Source of the DNA: Candidatus Sulfomarinibacteraceae bacterium
Lineage (GTDB): Bacteria; Acidobacteriota; Thermoanaerobaculia; Thermoanaerobaculales; Sulfomarinibacteraceae
NCBI GenBank assembly: GCA_963796455.1
Contig: CAWCLO010000002.1
Coordinates: forward strand, 96,001 to 160,000
Length of the DNA stretch: 64,000 nucleotides
Direction: 5' to 3'
In this document: positions 39,410 through 50,336 of the stretch, piece after piece
How the letters are laid out: each line of letters opens with the position of its first letter
Numbering within the stretch: position 1 is the first letter of the stretch
Position numbers and translations under genes: made by a program
Notes under the pieces: generated by a model
The model's input: the letters and a program-made list of their open reading frames with translations, nothing else
Databases searched by the model: none
Told to the model about the DNA's origin: nothing

Positions 39410-40480
39410 AGCAGGATGCACGATGCTGGAAGATCCCGCTGTCGGAGAAACCGCAGATCACGCAGATGGACGCAGATTGATCATCGCTATCGCTATCGCT
39501 ATCGCTATCGACGGGAGACGGACCGGATATGCCCACTGATTACCCAGGTGGACCCAGCCAAGAACGCCGCAAACACGAAGACACAAAGACACGAAGGCGC
39601 CACACCAAGAAAACCACGGAGGCACGGAGACACAGAGAGGGAACACAGAGAGCTGGCGAAAAGGCTGACAGAACACACAGAAAGACACAGAAGCCATCGC
39701 AAAGGTACAACCGGAGTGCAGCCGGGACGGCTGCACCACCATGGTGGTGCACGCGTCTCGCGTGCACATGGTTGAACCGCAAAGTACGCAAGGAACGCAA
39801 AGTCGCAAAGACGCCAAGGCGCGGTTGCCGAGATTGTGGGAGGGTGCCGTCAGTGGCGGCAGATCGACAGACGATCTCCGATCGCCCGTCGCCGGTGAGA
39901 AGCGGGGCGCCTCCGAACGCCAGCGCTCGCAGTCACCCCGCATCCCACCGTCCGGCACGCCTCCGGCATGCCGGATCTGCCTCGCATTGGTGACCGCCTT
40001 CCTTGATTGAAGAAGAGGAGAGGAAGGAGGCGAGACCTGCGCGATCGCGCAGGCCGCTGGTTGACGGCCAGGACCTCGCCGGGCGAAGGAATCTTCCGGG
40101 AAGTTCTCTGCGTCTCCGCGCCTTTGTGCCTCTGCGTTAAGAACGCGACAGGCGGCAGCTGCGTGGGTTTTGAGCTGGCAGCTTCTTTTCAAGATGTCAT
40201 CCTGAGCGAAGCGCCTTTGGCGCGCAGTCGAAGGATCTGCGGCTCGACTCGAGGTCTTAGTCACCTGTCTCATAGATCCTTCGACTACGCCCCCTGCGGG
40301 GCTCCGCTCAGGATGACATCGGGAGGCGACATTCGCATCCACATTGATTCCTACGAAGTCAGGCTGTCATCTGCGTCTCTCTGCGTGATCTGCGGTTTCT
40401 CCGACTGAAACTCCCCGGTGCACGGAATCGGGTTGGGCCGGGCCGATCCAGCATCCACTATCCAGTATCGAGTATCGTGT
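39410..40480 (+). repeat. Composite structured element, copy 3
   Basis: 37-bp inverted repeats at 39441-39477 and 40369-40405 (2 mismatches). Core at 39857-39907. REP pair at 40193-40320. Confidence 0.88.
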
Positions 40481-40504
40481 GGTCGCAAGATGGGGAGGTG
40501 GGGC

Positions 40505-41953
40505 GTGTCCGAAACTCGACCAGGTGAACGAGAGGTCACGCTGGCCCAGGCCGCACTGCCGGTGGTCTTTCTGCTTGCCCTGATCGTTTACGGTCTGGTT
40601 CTTCGGCCCCGCCTCCAGGGCCTCGCGCCGTTCCCGCTCGAGATCGTTTTCATCCTCGCTGCTTCATTTGCCATCGGTCAACAACTGCTGATGGGCTACC
40701 GATGGACCCAGATTCAGGCGGCAATCGTTGCCAAGCTCGGCAAGGCGCTACCCGGGTTCTTCATCCTCTTTCTGGTGGGTCTCGTCATTTCGAGCTGGAT
40801 CATCTGCGGCACCATTCCCATGCTTGTCTCCATCGGGCTCGAGATCATCAACCCGACATTCCTGTACATCCTGGCCTTTCTGGTGCCGGTGGTCTTCTCC
40901 TTGCTCACCGGGACCTCCTGGGGTTCGGCGGGAACCATCGGGGTGGTGATCATCGGCGTCGCCACGGCCATGGAGGCGAACCTCGGCATCACAGCGGGCG
41001 CCGTCATCGGCGGAGCATTCTTCGGCGACAAGATGTCTCCGCTGTCGGACACCACCAACATGGCCGCTCTGGCCACCGAGGTGAATCTCTACGATCACAT
41101 CCGCTCCATGATGGTTACAACCATGCCGTCGGCGCTGGTGGCTTCGGCGGCTTTTTTGGTGCTCGGAATCGTTGATCCTCCCACCGTGACGGCCGCCGAT
41201 CTCGGTGCGCTGGCGCCGTTTCAGGAGACCTTGAAGGCGACCTTTCATTTCAATGTGACCCTGCTGATCCCGCCGTTCATCGTGCTCGCGGGCTCGCTTC
41301 GGAAGAAGCCGATCCTGCAAACGATGATGGTGTCCATCCTGACGGCATCCGGGCTCGCCCTGATTTTTCAAAAATTCACCCTGGACGATGTGATGCAGAG
41401 CCTGTACCGCGGATTCGATATGGGCATGGCATCGTGGGTTGCGGAGGTGCCACCGGAGGTTGCGGAGCTGGTCAACCGGGGTGGGCTCTACGCCTTGATC
41501 GACGCCATTGTCGTGGCCTTCACGGTCTTTTTTTTCGTCGGTGCGCTGGACAACATCGGCGCAATGCCGCTGATCGTGGGCAGGGTCTTCCGTTTTGCCC
41601 GGACGAGGACCAGCACCATTCTCGCGTCCCTCGCCGCAACCGGTTTCACCAATTCGCTGACATCGAATCAGTACGCCACCAGCTTCATCATCGGTGATGC
41701 GTTCAGGGGTGCCTACGATCGCCTCGGCATCGACCGCTCAGTATTGTCGCGGTCCATCGAGGATTACGGCACCATGCTCGAGAGTCTGGTGCCCTGGCAT
41801 CCAACCGCCGTCTTCATGGTGGGCACCCTGGGCGTTGCCTGGGCCGACTATTGGCACTGGCAGCTGCTGTCGCTCACAAACCTGGCGCTGGCGCCCGCCC
41901 TCGCCATCCTCGGCATCGGCTGTTTCTACTCCGATGAGAAGCCTGCCAACTGA
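40505..41953 (+). CDS. nhaC: NhaC family antiporter, second paralog
   Basis: GTSWGSAGTIG, GAFFGDKMSPLSDTTNMA and LSRSIEDYGT. GGAGG plus GTG start. Confidence 0.88.
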   Translation: MSETRPGEREVTLAQAALPVVFLLALIVYGLVLRPRLQGLAPFPLEIVFILAASFAIGQQLLMGYRWTQIQAAIVAKLGKALPGFFILFLVGLVISSWIICGTIPMLVSIGLEIINPTFLYILAFLVPVVFSLLTGTSWGSAGTIGVVIIGVATAMEANLGITAGAVIGGAFFGDKMSPLSDTTNMAALATEVNLYDHIRSMMVTTMPSALVASAAFLVLGIVDPPTVTAADLGALAPFQETLKATFHFNVTLLIPPFIVLAGSLRKKPILQTMMVSILTASGLALIFQKFTLDDVMQSLYRGFDMGMASWVAEVPPEVAELVNRGGLYALIDAIVVAFTVFFFVGALDNIGAMPLIVGRVFRFARTRTSTILASLAATGFTNSLTSNQYATSFIIGDAFRGAYDRLGIDRSVLSRSIEDYGTMLESLVPWHPTAVFMVGTLGVAWADYWHWQLLSLTNLALAPALAILGIGCFYSDEKPAN

Positions 41954-41975
41954 TACCCAGCGTGATCGTTCGGAC

Positions 41976-42137
41976 AACCACGGAGGCACGAAGGCACAGA
42001 GAACCACACAGAGTTTTCTGAGACTTCGCGATGGCTCGTTTCATCACGACCGGCCACGGTGGACCATTCAATTCGGTGGTGGCTATTGTATGAATTCTTC
42101 TCTGTGCGGTCCTCTGTGCCTCTGTGTCTCTGTGGTT
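41976..42137. repeat. Intergenic palindrome with CACRGAG heptamer arms
   Basis: AACCACGGAGGCACGAAGGCACAGAG...CTCTGTGCCTCTGTGTCTCTGTGGTT between convergent genes. Confidence 0.75.
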
Positions 42138-44055
42138 AGTTTTCTTTGACGATCGGCAGCACGACCTTCGACGGGTGGTCCGGAGAGAGGTGAACGGTAT
42201 TGGTCGCCACCACACCCTCGGTCTCGTCGTAGTTCTTACCGCCGGTATTGAGGTTGCGGGTGAACCGCGGGAAGTTGCTCGACGAGACCTCGACCCGGAT
42301 CCGGTGTCCCTTGTCGAAGTAGTTGCTGGTCGAGAGGGGGCTGAGCTTGATTTCGTAGACCTCGCCCTCCTCCATGAAAACCTGTTTGTCGAAGCCCTCA
42401 CGATAGCGGGCCCTGAAGATGGTCTCGTCGAGATTCCACGCCTGACCTTCGGTGTCCACATCCACCAGTTTGACGGTGAAGTCGGTGTCCTTGGCGTCGG
42501 AGGAGACATAGAGGGTGACCTCGATCGGACCGCTGACCTCGACCCCCTCCTCGAGCACGTCGGTGCTGTAGACCAGAATATCGTGGCGCGCTTCCATCCG
42601 CCGTTGGTCGAAGGACCCTGCGTTGATGGCGTTGCCGGTGCAACAGACGTTACCGCCGTAGGACAGGACCGGGTTCATGGGATCATAGGTGAAGGTGTCG
42701 CTCTTCTTCGCAGAGGGTTTGTCGGTGCTGAGCAGGCCGTCGCCATAGAGGCTGTTGGCCCCTTTGTCGCTGTCGAGATAGTAGGTCACCATCTCGGTCC
42801 CGGCGGGCGGCCAGCTGGTTGACGAGTTCCACTCGTTGGAGCCCATCGTGTAGTACTGGACCCTGGGCAGTGTTTCGAGAATGCCGTTTTCTTCACCCTT
42901 GAGCCAGTAGTCGAACCAGTCGTAAGTCAGGTCTTCGTACTCGAGCCGCGCATCGCCCATGTTGCGTTCGCCGACAATGGTCTCTTCCTTCGAGCGGCGA
43001 AATCCACAATGCCCGACCGGGGCGATCAGCGCGTACTGGTTGGCTGCCACCTCGGGGTCCTTTGCGTTCTCCCTGACGTGGTTGAAGAGCGCCAGATTGG
43101 GGCTGATCGAGACGTCGTACCACGACATCCACCAGAAGCTCGGAACTCCGAAATCTTCGTCGTCGTGGTAGAGACCGCCCTTGTACCAGGCCGGGTCGTT
43201 GGGGGTGCGCTGGATCATCCGACCGCCGGTGGCGTTGGCGGCGGGATCGGCAAAGATACCTTCGGGCCCTTCGACCGAGCGCATGAGGTCTTCGACCGGC
43301 AGGTGCCAGAAGGCCTCGTCCCAGTCGACTTCCGGGTACTCGGGCGCGAGATCGAAGTACTTGGAGAGGCGGATGATGTCCTCGCGGTCGATGTCCGGCG
43401 AAAATGTGGGTCGCTGGGTGTTTTGGACCCCATAGAGCCAGGAAAAGAAAAGCATCTGCTCGGCGCCGCCGCGGTACCAGTTGCCCTGCTCGTAAAAGTC
43501 ACCGACGCGGCCGATGCCGGCGCCAAAACCCTGCGGCACCATGGCCGCATGGGCGGGATGATCGAGGGCGGCCAGACCCATCTGCCACTCGGCCGTTGAC
43601 GAGCACCCGAGAGTTCCCACCTTGCCGTTGGACCAGCCCTGGTGGACGATCCAGGTCAAGGCGTCGTAGCCGTCGGTCTTCGGCGGACCGAGGAGATCCC
43701 ACTCACCCTCGCTGAAATACCGGCCGCGTTCGTTCTGGACGACCATGGCATAACCGCGTTTCACTGCAGCGAGAGCCATCCGCAGCCCCCGGGTCTGCGG
43801 TTCGCCATCGCGGTAGAGGTTGAAATTGTAGGGTGTGCGAACAAAGATGGTCGGCACCGGGCCATCCGCGTTTTTGGGTCGGATGATGTCGGTGGCGAGG
43901 GCGACGCCGTCGCGCATTGGCATCATGACCTTCGGCTCGTAGATGGCGATTTTTTCGAGCGTCTTCATCACGTCCTCGCTCCCCTGGGCGGAGAGCGCGC
44001 CGGGCATCATCGCGGTCGCGACGCAGCACAGAACCAAAACGGTGAATTTTTTCAT
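42136..44055 (-). CDS. CocE/NonD family hydrolase (S15-like), secreted
   Basis: [36 protein letters not shown] and [16 protein letters not shown]. Confidence 0.9.
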   Translation of the reverse strand: MKKFTVLVLCCVATAMMPGALSAQGSEDVMKTLEKIAIYEPKVMMPMRDGVALATDIIRPKNADGPVPTIFVRTPYNFNLYRDGEPQTRGLRMALAAVKRGYAMVVQNERGRYFSEGEWDLLGPPKTDGYDALTWIVHQGWSNGKVGTLGCSSTAEWQMGLAALDHPAHAAMVPQGFGAGIGRVGDFYEQGNWYRGGAEQMLFFSWLYGVQNTQRPTFSPDIDREDIIRLSKYFDLAPEYPEVDWDEAFWHLPVEDLMRSVEGPEGIFADPAANATGGRMIQRTPNDPAWYKGGLYHDDEDFGVPSFWWMSWYDVSISPNLALFNHVRENAKDPEVAANQYALIAPVGHCGFRRSKEETIVGERNMGDARLEYEDLTYDWFDYWLKGEENGILETLPRVQYYTMGSNEWNSSTSWPPAGTEMVTYYLDSDKGANSLYGDGLLSTDKPSAKKSDTFTYDPMNPVLSYGGNVCCTGNAINAGSFDQRRMEARHDILVYSTDVLEEGVEVSGPIEVTLYVSSDAKDTDFTVKLVDVDTEGQAWNLDETIFRARYREGFDKQVFMEEGEVYEIKLSPLSTSNYFDKGHRIRVEVSSSNFPRFTRNLNTGGKNYDETEGVVATNTVHLSPDHPSKVVLPIVKEN

Positions 44056-44096
44056 AACGTTTTTCTCCTCATTGGTGCATGCCATTCGCAGGAGAC

Positions 44097-46139
44097 TCAT
44101 GACGGATCCACCGCGGCCGGGCGAGGTGGATGGACATAGGCTCTCGGTGCGATATAGGTCGCCAACGTGACCGGCTCACCCCTGAGCCAGTGGCTGAACC
44201 ACTCCAATGTCAGTTGGTATCGAAGGGTCACGTGGTCATCACCCCGAATACCGTGCTGCTCGTCCGGGAAGTTGACATAGACCGAGGGCACACCGACCTT
44301 CTGCAGCGCGGTGAAGAGCTGGACCCCCTGTTCCGGTCGAACCCGCCAGTCGTTGTTGCCATGCAGGACCATGGTCGGCGTTGTGAAATTCTCGGCCGCC
44401 CACAGCGGTGAATTGGAAAGGTGGGTTTCCTTGCTCTGCCACGGCATGCCGCCCATCTCCTTTTCGGAGAAGAACTGCTCATCGGTGGTCCCGAAGAAGG
44501 AGACCATGTTGGAAAGACCCGCGCTCGAGACCGCGCCCTTGAATCGGTCGGTATGGCCGATGATCCAGTTCGTCATATAGCCGCCGTAGGAGCCACCGGT
44601 GACCCCGAGCGCCTCAGGATCGGCCACGCCCATCTCCACCACATGATCGACAAAGGCCATGAGATCGGCCATCGGTTTGGTGTGCCAGTCCTGGTGGATG
44701 GCATCGGCAAAAGCCTGGCCGTAACCATCAGACCCGCGCGGGTTGGTGTAGAGAACGGCAAAACCGTTGGCGGCCATCAGCTGGTTGGAGAATCGGAACG
44801 ACGGGCTCGACATGCCGTGGGGGCCGCCGTGGATCGACAGGATCATCGGCACCGGGGTCCCTGCTTCGAACCCGATCGGTCGCATGAGCCAACCCTGCAC
44901 CCGGTCGCCGTCGGTTGTGTCGATCCAGATCTCTTCGGAGGCACTCACCGGACGACCGGCCCACCACGCTGACGCTTCGTCGGTGAGCTTTTTCACGGTA
45001 CCGAAGGCGACTGTCCAAAGCTCGTTCGGGATCACGTCGGTGGAGCCCTGGAGCACGAAGTGCTCGTTGTCCAGGACATTGAAACGGGAGATCACCGGTT
45101 CATTGGCCACCGTGTGGAAGACGTCGGGTTGTTGGAGCCCCACCCATTGGAGATCTCGGGCGCCATGGCTCGAGGCGGTGAAAAAGATCCGGTCGCTGCT
45201 CGGTCCCCAGACAATTGAACGGACCGTGCGGTCGAGGCTCTCGGTCAGCACCCGCTCGTCGGAACCATCCCGGGCCGCGGTGTGGATCTTGTAGTTTTCG
45301 CTCTCGTAGTTGTACTCATAACTCGCGCGCCAGGCGATGCGTTTCCCGTCAGGACTGAAAGCCGGGCTGTGATCCGGGCCCGGGTTTTTGGTGAACTGCC
45401 GGGTAGTACCGGTTGCCACATCGACGATGAAGACATTGGTGTCGATGGTGTTCCACCACTCGGGCGAACGGTTGGAGACGTAGGCGATCTCCTTCGAGTC
45501 GGGGCTCCAGACCATGGAGTGGTCGCCCTCGTCGGCGCATTCACCGTCGGTAAGCTGTTTCGCCTCGCCGCCGTCGGCGGGAATCACGAAGACCCTCTTA
45601 CGGGTGCCGTCGTCCCAGCCGCGACCGAGGTGGTAGAAACGCGGATGGACCGCGTAGCGCACGTCGCCGAATGCTTCGCGTTGCGCCTCACTGTGGAGCT
45701 CACCGACCGACGACGTGAAGGCGATCGTTTTCCCGTCCGGCGAATACAGCGGGGCCGAGGCACCGCTTTCAACACCCGTGAGGCGGCGGGCCTCACCGCC
45801 GTCGATGCGGATCGCGTAGATCTGGCTCTTCTCGTCCTCTCCCCGTTTGGCCGAGAAGATGACCGTCTTACCGTCCGGGCTCCAGCTGTAGCCCTTCTCG
45901 ATCCCGGGGCTTGATGTCAGCCGCCTCGCCTCGCCTCCGGTAAAGGGTCGGAGATAGATGTCCCCCACGTCTTTCTCGTGAACCGGGCAATAACGGGTCA
46001 CCGAATAAGCGACCCACAGACCATCGGGTGAGACCTGTGGCGCACCCACCGAAACCTGCTTCAGGTGATCGGCAGGAACGAGCGGCCCCAGATCGTTGGA
46101 TTGAGCGCGAGGAACAAAAAACAGAACGACGAAAACCAA
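44097..46139 (-). CDS. S9 family peptidase (acylaminoacyl peptidase-like); start uncertain
   Basis: WSPDG repeats, [29 protein letters not shown] and FPDEQH. Confidence 0.9.
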   Translation of the reverse strand: MVFVVLFFVPRAQSNDLGPLVPADHLKQVSVGAPQVSPDGLWVAYSVTRYCPVHEKDVGDIYLRPFTGGEARRLTSSPGIEKGYSWSPDGKTVIFSAKRGEDEKSQIYAIRIDGGEARRLTGVESGASAPLYSPDGKTIAFTSSVGELHSEAQREAFGDVRYAVHPRFYHLGRGWDDGTRKRVFVIPADGGEAKQLTDGECADEGDHSMVWSPDSKEIAYVSNRSPEWWNTIDTNVFIVDVATGTTRQFTKNPGPDHSPAFSPDGKRIAWRASYEYNYESENYKIHTAARDGSDERVLTESLDRTVRSIVWGPSSDRIFFTASSHGARDLQWVGLQQPDVFHTVANEPVISRFNVLDNEHFVLQGSTDVIPNELWTVAFGTVKKLTDEASAWWAGRPVSASEEIWIDTTDGDRVQGWLMRPIGFEAGTPVPMILSIHGGPHGMSSPSFRFSNQLMAANGFAVLYTNPRGSDGYGQAFADAIHQDWHTKPMADLMAFVDHVVEMGVADPEALGVTGGSYGGYMTNWIIGHTDRFKGAVSSAGLSNMVSFFGTTDEQFFSEKEMGGMPWQSKETHLSNSPLWAAENFTTPTMVLHGNNDWRVRPEQGVQLFTALQKVGVPSVYVNFPDEQHGIRGDDHVTLRYQLTLEWFSHWLRGEPVTLATYIAPRAYVHPPRPAAVDPS

Positions 46140-46369
46140 TACACGGATGACAGATGTATCACGACGAGACCCCCTTCCAACTCCGTGGCCATCGTAGACC
46201 TCTCCACCGTTTCTGCCAAATTGACGGTTCGATCAAATGAGAAAGGGGGGTGCGGGGCGATCGATTCGGCTCGATAGCCTCGATGCGGGAGTCCAGGCGC
46301 CCCACCCACGAAGGCGGGCGTCATGGGTGGTTCTGTATCGCCGAGGGTCTGATCCAGAGCCTCGAGGTC

Positions 46370-46995
46370 GATCCTGGATGCTCGATGCTGGATCGACCGG
46401 CCCAACTCGATACCGGGTGCCGAAAGAACTTCGGTCGGAGAAACCGCAGATTACGCAGATGGACGCAGATAACTTCCCGGTAGGAGCTTCCGCCCGGCGA
46501 GGCCTGCGCGACCGCGCAGGCCTCGCCTCTTTCCTCCCCTCTCCTTCAATCGAGGAAGGGTGTCACTCATGCAAGGCAGAACCGGTGTGCCGGAGGCGCA
46601 CCGGTCGGTGGGGAGCGGGGTGACTCCGAGCGCTGGCGATCGGGAGGCGCCCCGCTTCTCACCGGCGACGGGCGATCGGAGATCGTCTGTCGATCTGCCG
46701 ACACTGACGGCACCCTCGCACAAGTTCGGCGACCTACCCTTTGCGTCTCTGCGACTTTGCGTTCTTTGCGGTTCATTCTGTGTGTTCTATGGGCAACCGT
46801 GTGTGCGACGAGTTCGTGTGCGATGGATCTGCGTCCATCTGCGCGATCTGCGGGCGTTCTCTCTCTCTGTGTCTCCGTGCCTCCGTGGTTGCGACGTTCT
46901 TGGCTGTATCCGGGTCCATTTGGGTTATCTGTGGGCAATCGTTTTTGCGACGAGAGCATTTGCGATGAATCTGCGTGATCTGTGGGCAAATTGAA
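46370..46995 (-). repeat. Composite structured element, copy 4
   Basis: Core at 46650-46700 (reverse complement). GTCGGAGAAACCGCAGATTACGCAGATGGACGCAGAT at 46434-46470. Confidence 0.88.
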
Positions 46996-47130
46996 CTGTC
47001 CTGCGCTGGCTCCGTGGCTGTGTTCTTGTTCGGGAGTCAGCGGGCTATAGGAATACCCCGGCGGCGCGAGACGATTGCGGGATCATCGGTCTCAAGATGG
47101 CCTCGGCTCACTGAGATCCGTGTCGTCCTC

Positions 47131-47487
47131 TTATTCTTCCTCTTCGTCCGGGAGGGGCTCGCCGGTCATGGGGTCGACGCGGATCTCGTACTCTTCGCCG
47201 CCCACGACGTACTCGATCTCCCACACCCCGTCCTCGAACTCCACTTCGGTGATGGCGGTGTGGTCGCCGATCTCGAGGCTGGCGATGATGCCGGAAAGAG
47301 GCAACGAGCCCTCGGGTGGCACCTCCAACTCTTCCCCTTCTTCAACCTCGCCACCCTCGAAGTCCTCCGTGTAAACGACATCCTCTGTTTCGTTCCCAGA
47401 GGGTGTCGAATCCGGGACCTCGGACTGGGGCACACAGGCCGCCACCGAGACGATCAAAAACGCGACGAGCAGCATCTCTTTCATCAT
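47131..47487 (-). CDS. Acidic lipoprotein with a PepSY-like domain
   Basis: VAAC lipobox and ITEVEFEDGVWEIEY...EIRVDPMTGE. Confidence 0.7.
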   Translation of the reverse strand: MMKEMLLVAFLIVSVAACVPQSEVPDSTPSGNETEDVVYTEDFEGGEVEEGEELEVPPEGSLPLSGIIASLEIGDHTAITEVEFEDGVWEIEYVVGGEEYEIRVDPMTGEPLPDEEEE

Positions 47488-47525
47488 CAGAATCTCCATT
47501 CGATTGGCGCTTCGAGATTGGGACC

Positions 47526-48086
47526 TTACTTGCCCTTACCCTCGAGGATATTTTTCCACTTACCGCCGAGCTTTTTGAGGATGTTCTCGACCTGTTGGGT
47601 CTGCTTCTGGGGTTTGTCTTTAACCTTGATCTTCCCGGTGCCATGCCAGACAATTTTCTTTTCCACCGAATCATAGGCGTCGATGATCAGGGTGCCGACT
47701 TCGTAGGTGTACTCCTGGGTCGTTGAAGTCGAGATTGCCGGGTAGCCGCCCCACCCGTACCAGCCGCCCCAGTAGCCGCCATATCCATAGCCGGTGGTGG
47801 TGTAGCCTTTCTTTTCTTCGGAAATGAAGTGGTAGGTCACGTAGATGTCCGGGTTCTCCTCCACCTCGGCGAGCCCACCGTCGCGAAGCGCCTTTTTGAT
47901 CATCGTGACAATACGATTGTGCATGATCTCGGTGCTTTTGACCTGGCTCTCCTGGGTTTCGACATATTGGAAGGTCGCGATGTTCTCGAAGTCGAATTCA
48001 TGGGCATAGAGAACATCGACCTTCTGAGCCATCGCCGGGATCGTCGCCAGGACGGCCAGGATCGTGATCGTAAGAACCTTTTTCAT
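47526..48086 (-). CDS. DUF4136-like exported protein
   Basis: Gly/Tyr/Trp-rich loop and YEVGTLIIDAYD...IVWHGTG. Confidence 0.75.
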   Translation of the reverse strand: MKKVLTITILAVLATIPAMAQKVDVLYAHEFDFENIATFQYVETQESQVKSTEIMHNRIVTMIKKALRDGGLAEVEENPDIYVTYHFISEEKKGYTTTGYGYGGYWGGWYGWGGYPAISTSTTQEYTYEVGTLIIDAYDSVEKKIVWHGTGKIKVKDKPQKQTQQVENILKKLGGKWKNILEGKGK

Positions 48087-48214
48087 CAAACCGCTCCTTT
48101 CAGGTGCCAACGGTATCTTCGCACTGTTCTCGCAAAAGTTGCCCCTATACTAAGCTGCTCCGGAGGCACCAACAATCGGGGCGTGGGAAACAACATTCGT
48201 GTTCCCGATGTGAT

Positions 48215-50080
48215 CTATTCGAGGCTCGCCTGGGCGTTGGGGTGCGCACCATCTTGCGTGTCCGGGACGGGCTCGAGATCAACAAGGGCGTGACTCTCGA
48301 GGATTTCGAGGGCCGCTCCTTCCGAGACCAGGACGATCAGTCGATCGAGGTGTGCGAGATCGGGATCTGCAACCCGGAGATCGGGTTCGTCGTTCCGGTA
48401 GCCGAGCAGACGGAGCACGCCTCCGGCGGAATCCTCCTCCGCGAGGTGGAGCGCTTTCACCGTCTCGGATTGCCCCGGATCGATGGTCAGTTGGCGGAAG
48501 CCACCGCTTTCGATCCGGCGAATCCACGCGGGAATGTCAATGCTGCCGCCGCCAACCAGATCGAGCCAGGCGCGGGACCGTCGTCCGAGTTCTTCCGGTG
48601 GTCGCTGGATGGCGACCACCGGGTGTTCGACCCCGAATTCGGCCCGCACGAGTTCGGCCACCAGGAGGTTGAGCTCGTCGTTGGTGGTGGCGGCCACGAC
48701 CCACGAGTCCCGTTCGAGTCCGGCCTCCTCATATGTGGCGGCATCGCGGGCGTCGCCGACAACGACCCGCAGGTCGTTTTTGCGGAATCGATCGAGCCGC
48801 CACGAAGTTCCGTCGACGACGACTGTGGTCCGGCCGCCGTCTCTCAGGAGACGCGCCAGGCGCTCGGTCAACGCGTTGGCGCCGACCAGGACAGCCCGCC
48901 GCCGTGCCGGGTCAGCCGTGTAGCCGAGAATCCTTGGGAGAACCAGTGCACCCACAGTGGAGAATATGCCGGTGGCGAGAATCGTCAGATACACCAGACC
49001 CTCCATCTCGACCGCGCCGGCGATACCCGCCTTGCTCATTTCGCGAGCTGCCAGCGAGGCCACCGCGGCAGCGACGATTCCCCGCGGTGCGGTGAGGCCG
49101 ATCACGGTCCGGCCGCGGAGGTCGAGCTGGGAGGGCCAGATGGAGAGGGCGACCGCGAGGGGCCGCACCACCAGGATGAGAGCGGCCACTGCGAACAATC
49201 CGCTCCACCCGAGGGCCAGGACCGAACCGAGATCGAGTTGTGCCGCCAGCAGAATGAAGAGCATCGAGATGATCAGGGTCGTGAGCTGGCCCTTGAAGGC
49301 CCGCACCGAGACCAGATCCGGAAGTTCCGCCGCCGAGATCGTCAATCCCATGACCATCGCGGCCAGGATCCCGGACTGCGGCGCCTCGTGCTCGGCCACC
49401 ATGTAACAGAGCATGAGCAGGGCCAGAATGCTGAGGTTGCGCAGTTCGCCGCCGACCAACCTGGATTTCAAGATGAGCTTGGCCAGGGCTCCGGCGACAA
49501 AACCGAGCACGATGCCGGTGGCGGTAAGACTCATCACTTCGGCGGTGAGGGCCTGGAAGGGAATGCCCGTGCGACCGATCCACTGCAGGACGAGATAGGC
49601 GAGAATGGCGCCGATCGGGTCCACGATCAGACCCTCGGACAGCAAAATAGTCTTGACCTCGCGTGGCGCGATGAGGTGCCGCAGCAACGGCACGATCACG
49701 GTTGGACCGGTGACGGTGACGATGGCGCCAAACAGCGCTGCGGTGGGCCACGGCATCGCGACGAGCCAATGGGCGACGGCCGCCGAGGCGACACCGGTCA
49801 CCGCGACGCCGATGGTCAGCAAATTGCGGACCGCCGCGCCGACGCTCTTCAATCGTTGCGGGTCGAGAGACAGACCGCCCTCGAAGAGAATGATCGCCAC
49901 CCCGAGATGGATCAACGCCTCGAGCGAAGGACCGAGCGCCTCGGGATGCACGAACCCGAGACCGAAAGGACCAAAGGCGATGCCGATCAAAAGCAAAGGG
50001 AGAATGGCCGGCAGCTGGAAGCGCTCGGCAATGATCTGGCCCGCGATGCCCAGGGTCACCGCCGCCACGAATGTCGTCAT
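48215..50080 (-). CDS. Cation:proton antiporter (CPA1) with a C-terminal TrkA-N/RCK domain
   Basis: ILFEGGL, VTGPTVI, EGLIVDPIG, APRGIVAAA, VVGDARD and AATTNDELN. Confidence 0.88.
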   Translation of the reverse strand: MTTFVAAVTLGIAGQIIAERFQLPAILPLLLIGIAFGPFGLGFVHPEALGPSLEALIHLGVAIILFEGGLSLDPQRLKSVGAAVRNLLTIGVAVTGVASAAVAHWLVAMPWPTAALFGAIVTVTGPTVIVPLLRHLIAPREVKTILLSEGLIVDPIGAILAYLVLQWIGRTGIPFQALTAEVMSLTATGIVLGFVAGALAKLILKSRLVGGELRNLSILALLMLCYMVAEHEAPQSGILAAMVMGLTISAAELPDLVSVRAFKGQLTTLIISMLFILLAAQLDLGSVLALGWSGLFAVAALILVVRPLAVALSIWPSQLDLRGRTVIGLTAPRGIVAAAVASLAAREMSKAGIAGAVEMEGLVYLTILATGIFSTVGALVLPRILGYTADPARRRAVLVGANALTERLARLLRDGGRTTVVVDGTSWRLDRFRKNDLRVVVGDARDAATYEEAGLERDSWVVAATTNDELNLLVAELVRAEFGVEHPVVAIQRPPEELGRRSRAWLDLVGGGSIDIPAWIRRIESGGFRQLTIDPGQSETVKALHLAEEDSAGGVLRLLGYRNDEPDLRVADPDLAHLDRLIVLVSEGAALEILESHALVDLEPVPDTQDGAHPNAQASLE

Positions 50081-50336
50081 GATCGTTTCCAATGTCTGTC
50101 CAGGTCCTTTCGGTGGACCATGATAGTCGAGCCTGGTTGCTCTCCGGCCAATGACCTCTGAAAAGCAGTCGACGATGCAACGAAATCGCGTCTCGATTGC
50201 CCGATGATTCGGAGAATAGGGTCGGACGCGATAGTCTCTTGATGGCACGCAACCACCGGTTGCGCCACATCGTCAAGTTGGTTGGATGACCAAATTGTGC
50301 GGGCCCCGTTGATCGCCGAACTGAAAGGGAAACACC

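Noticed and set aside
34540..46995. CRISPR array interpretation of the intergenic repeats
   Set aside because: There are no identical 23-47 nt repeats with regular unique spacers, and no cas genes.
48104..50161. 685-aa plus-strand ORF, and similar ones at 38399-39775, 57390-58721, 59630-61150 and 8154-9425
   Set aside because: These are antisense shadows of clear genes in GC-rich DNA with no recognisable motifs.
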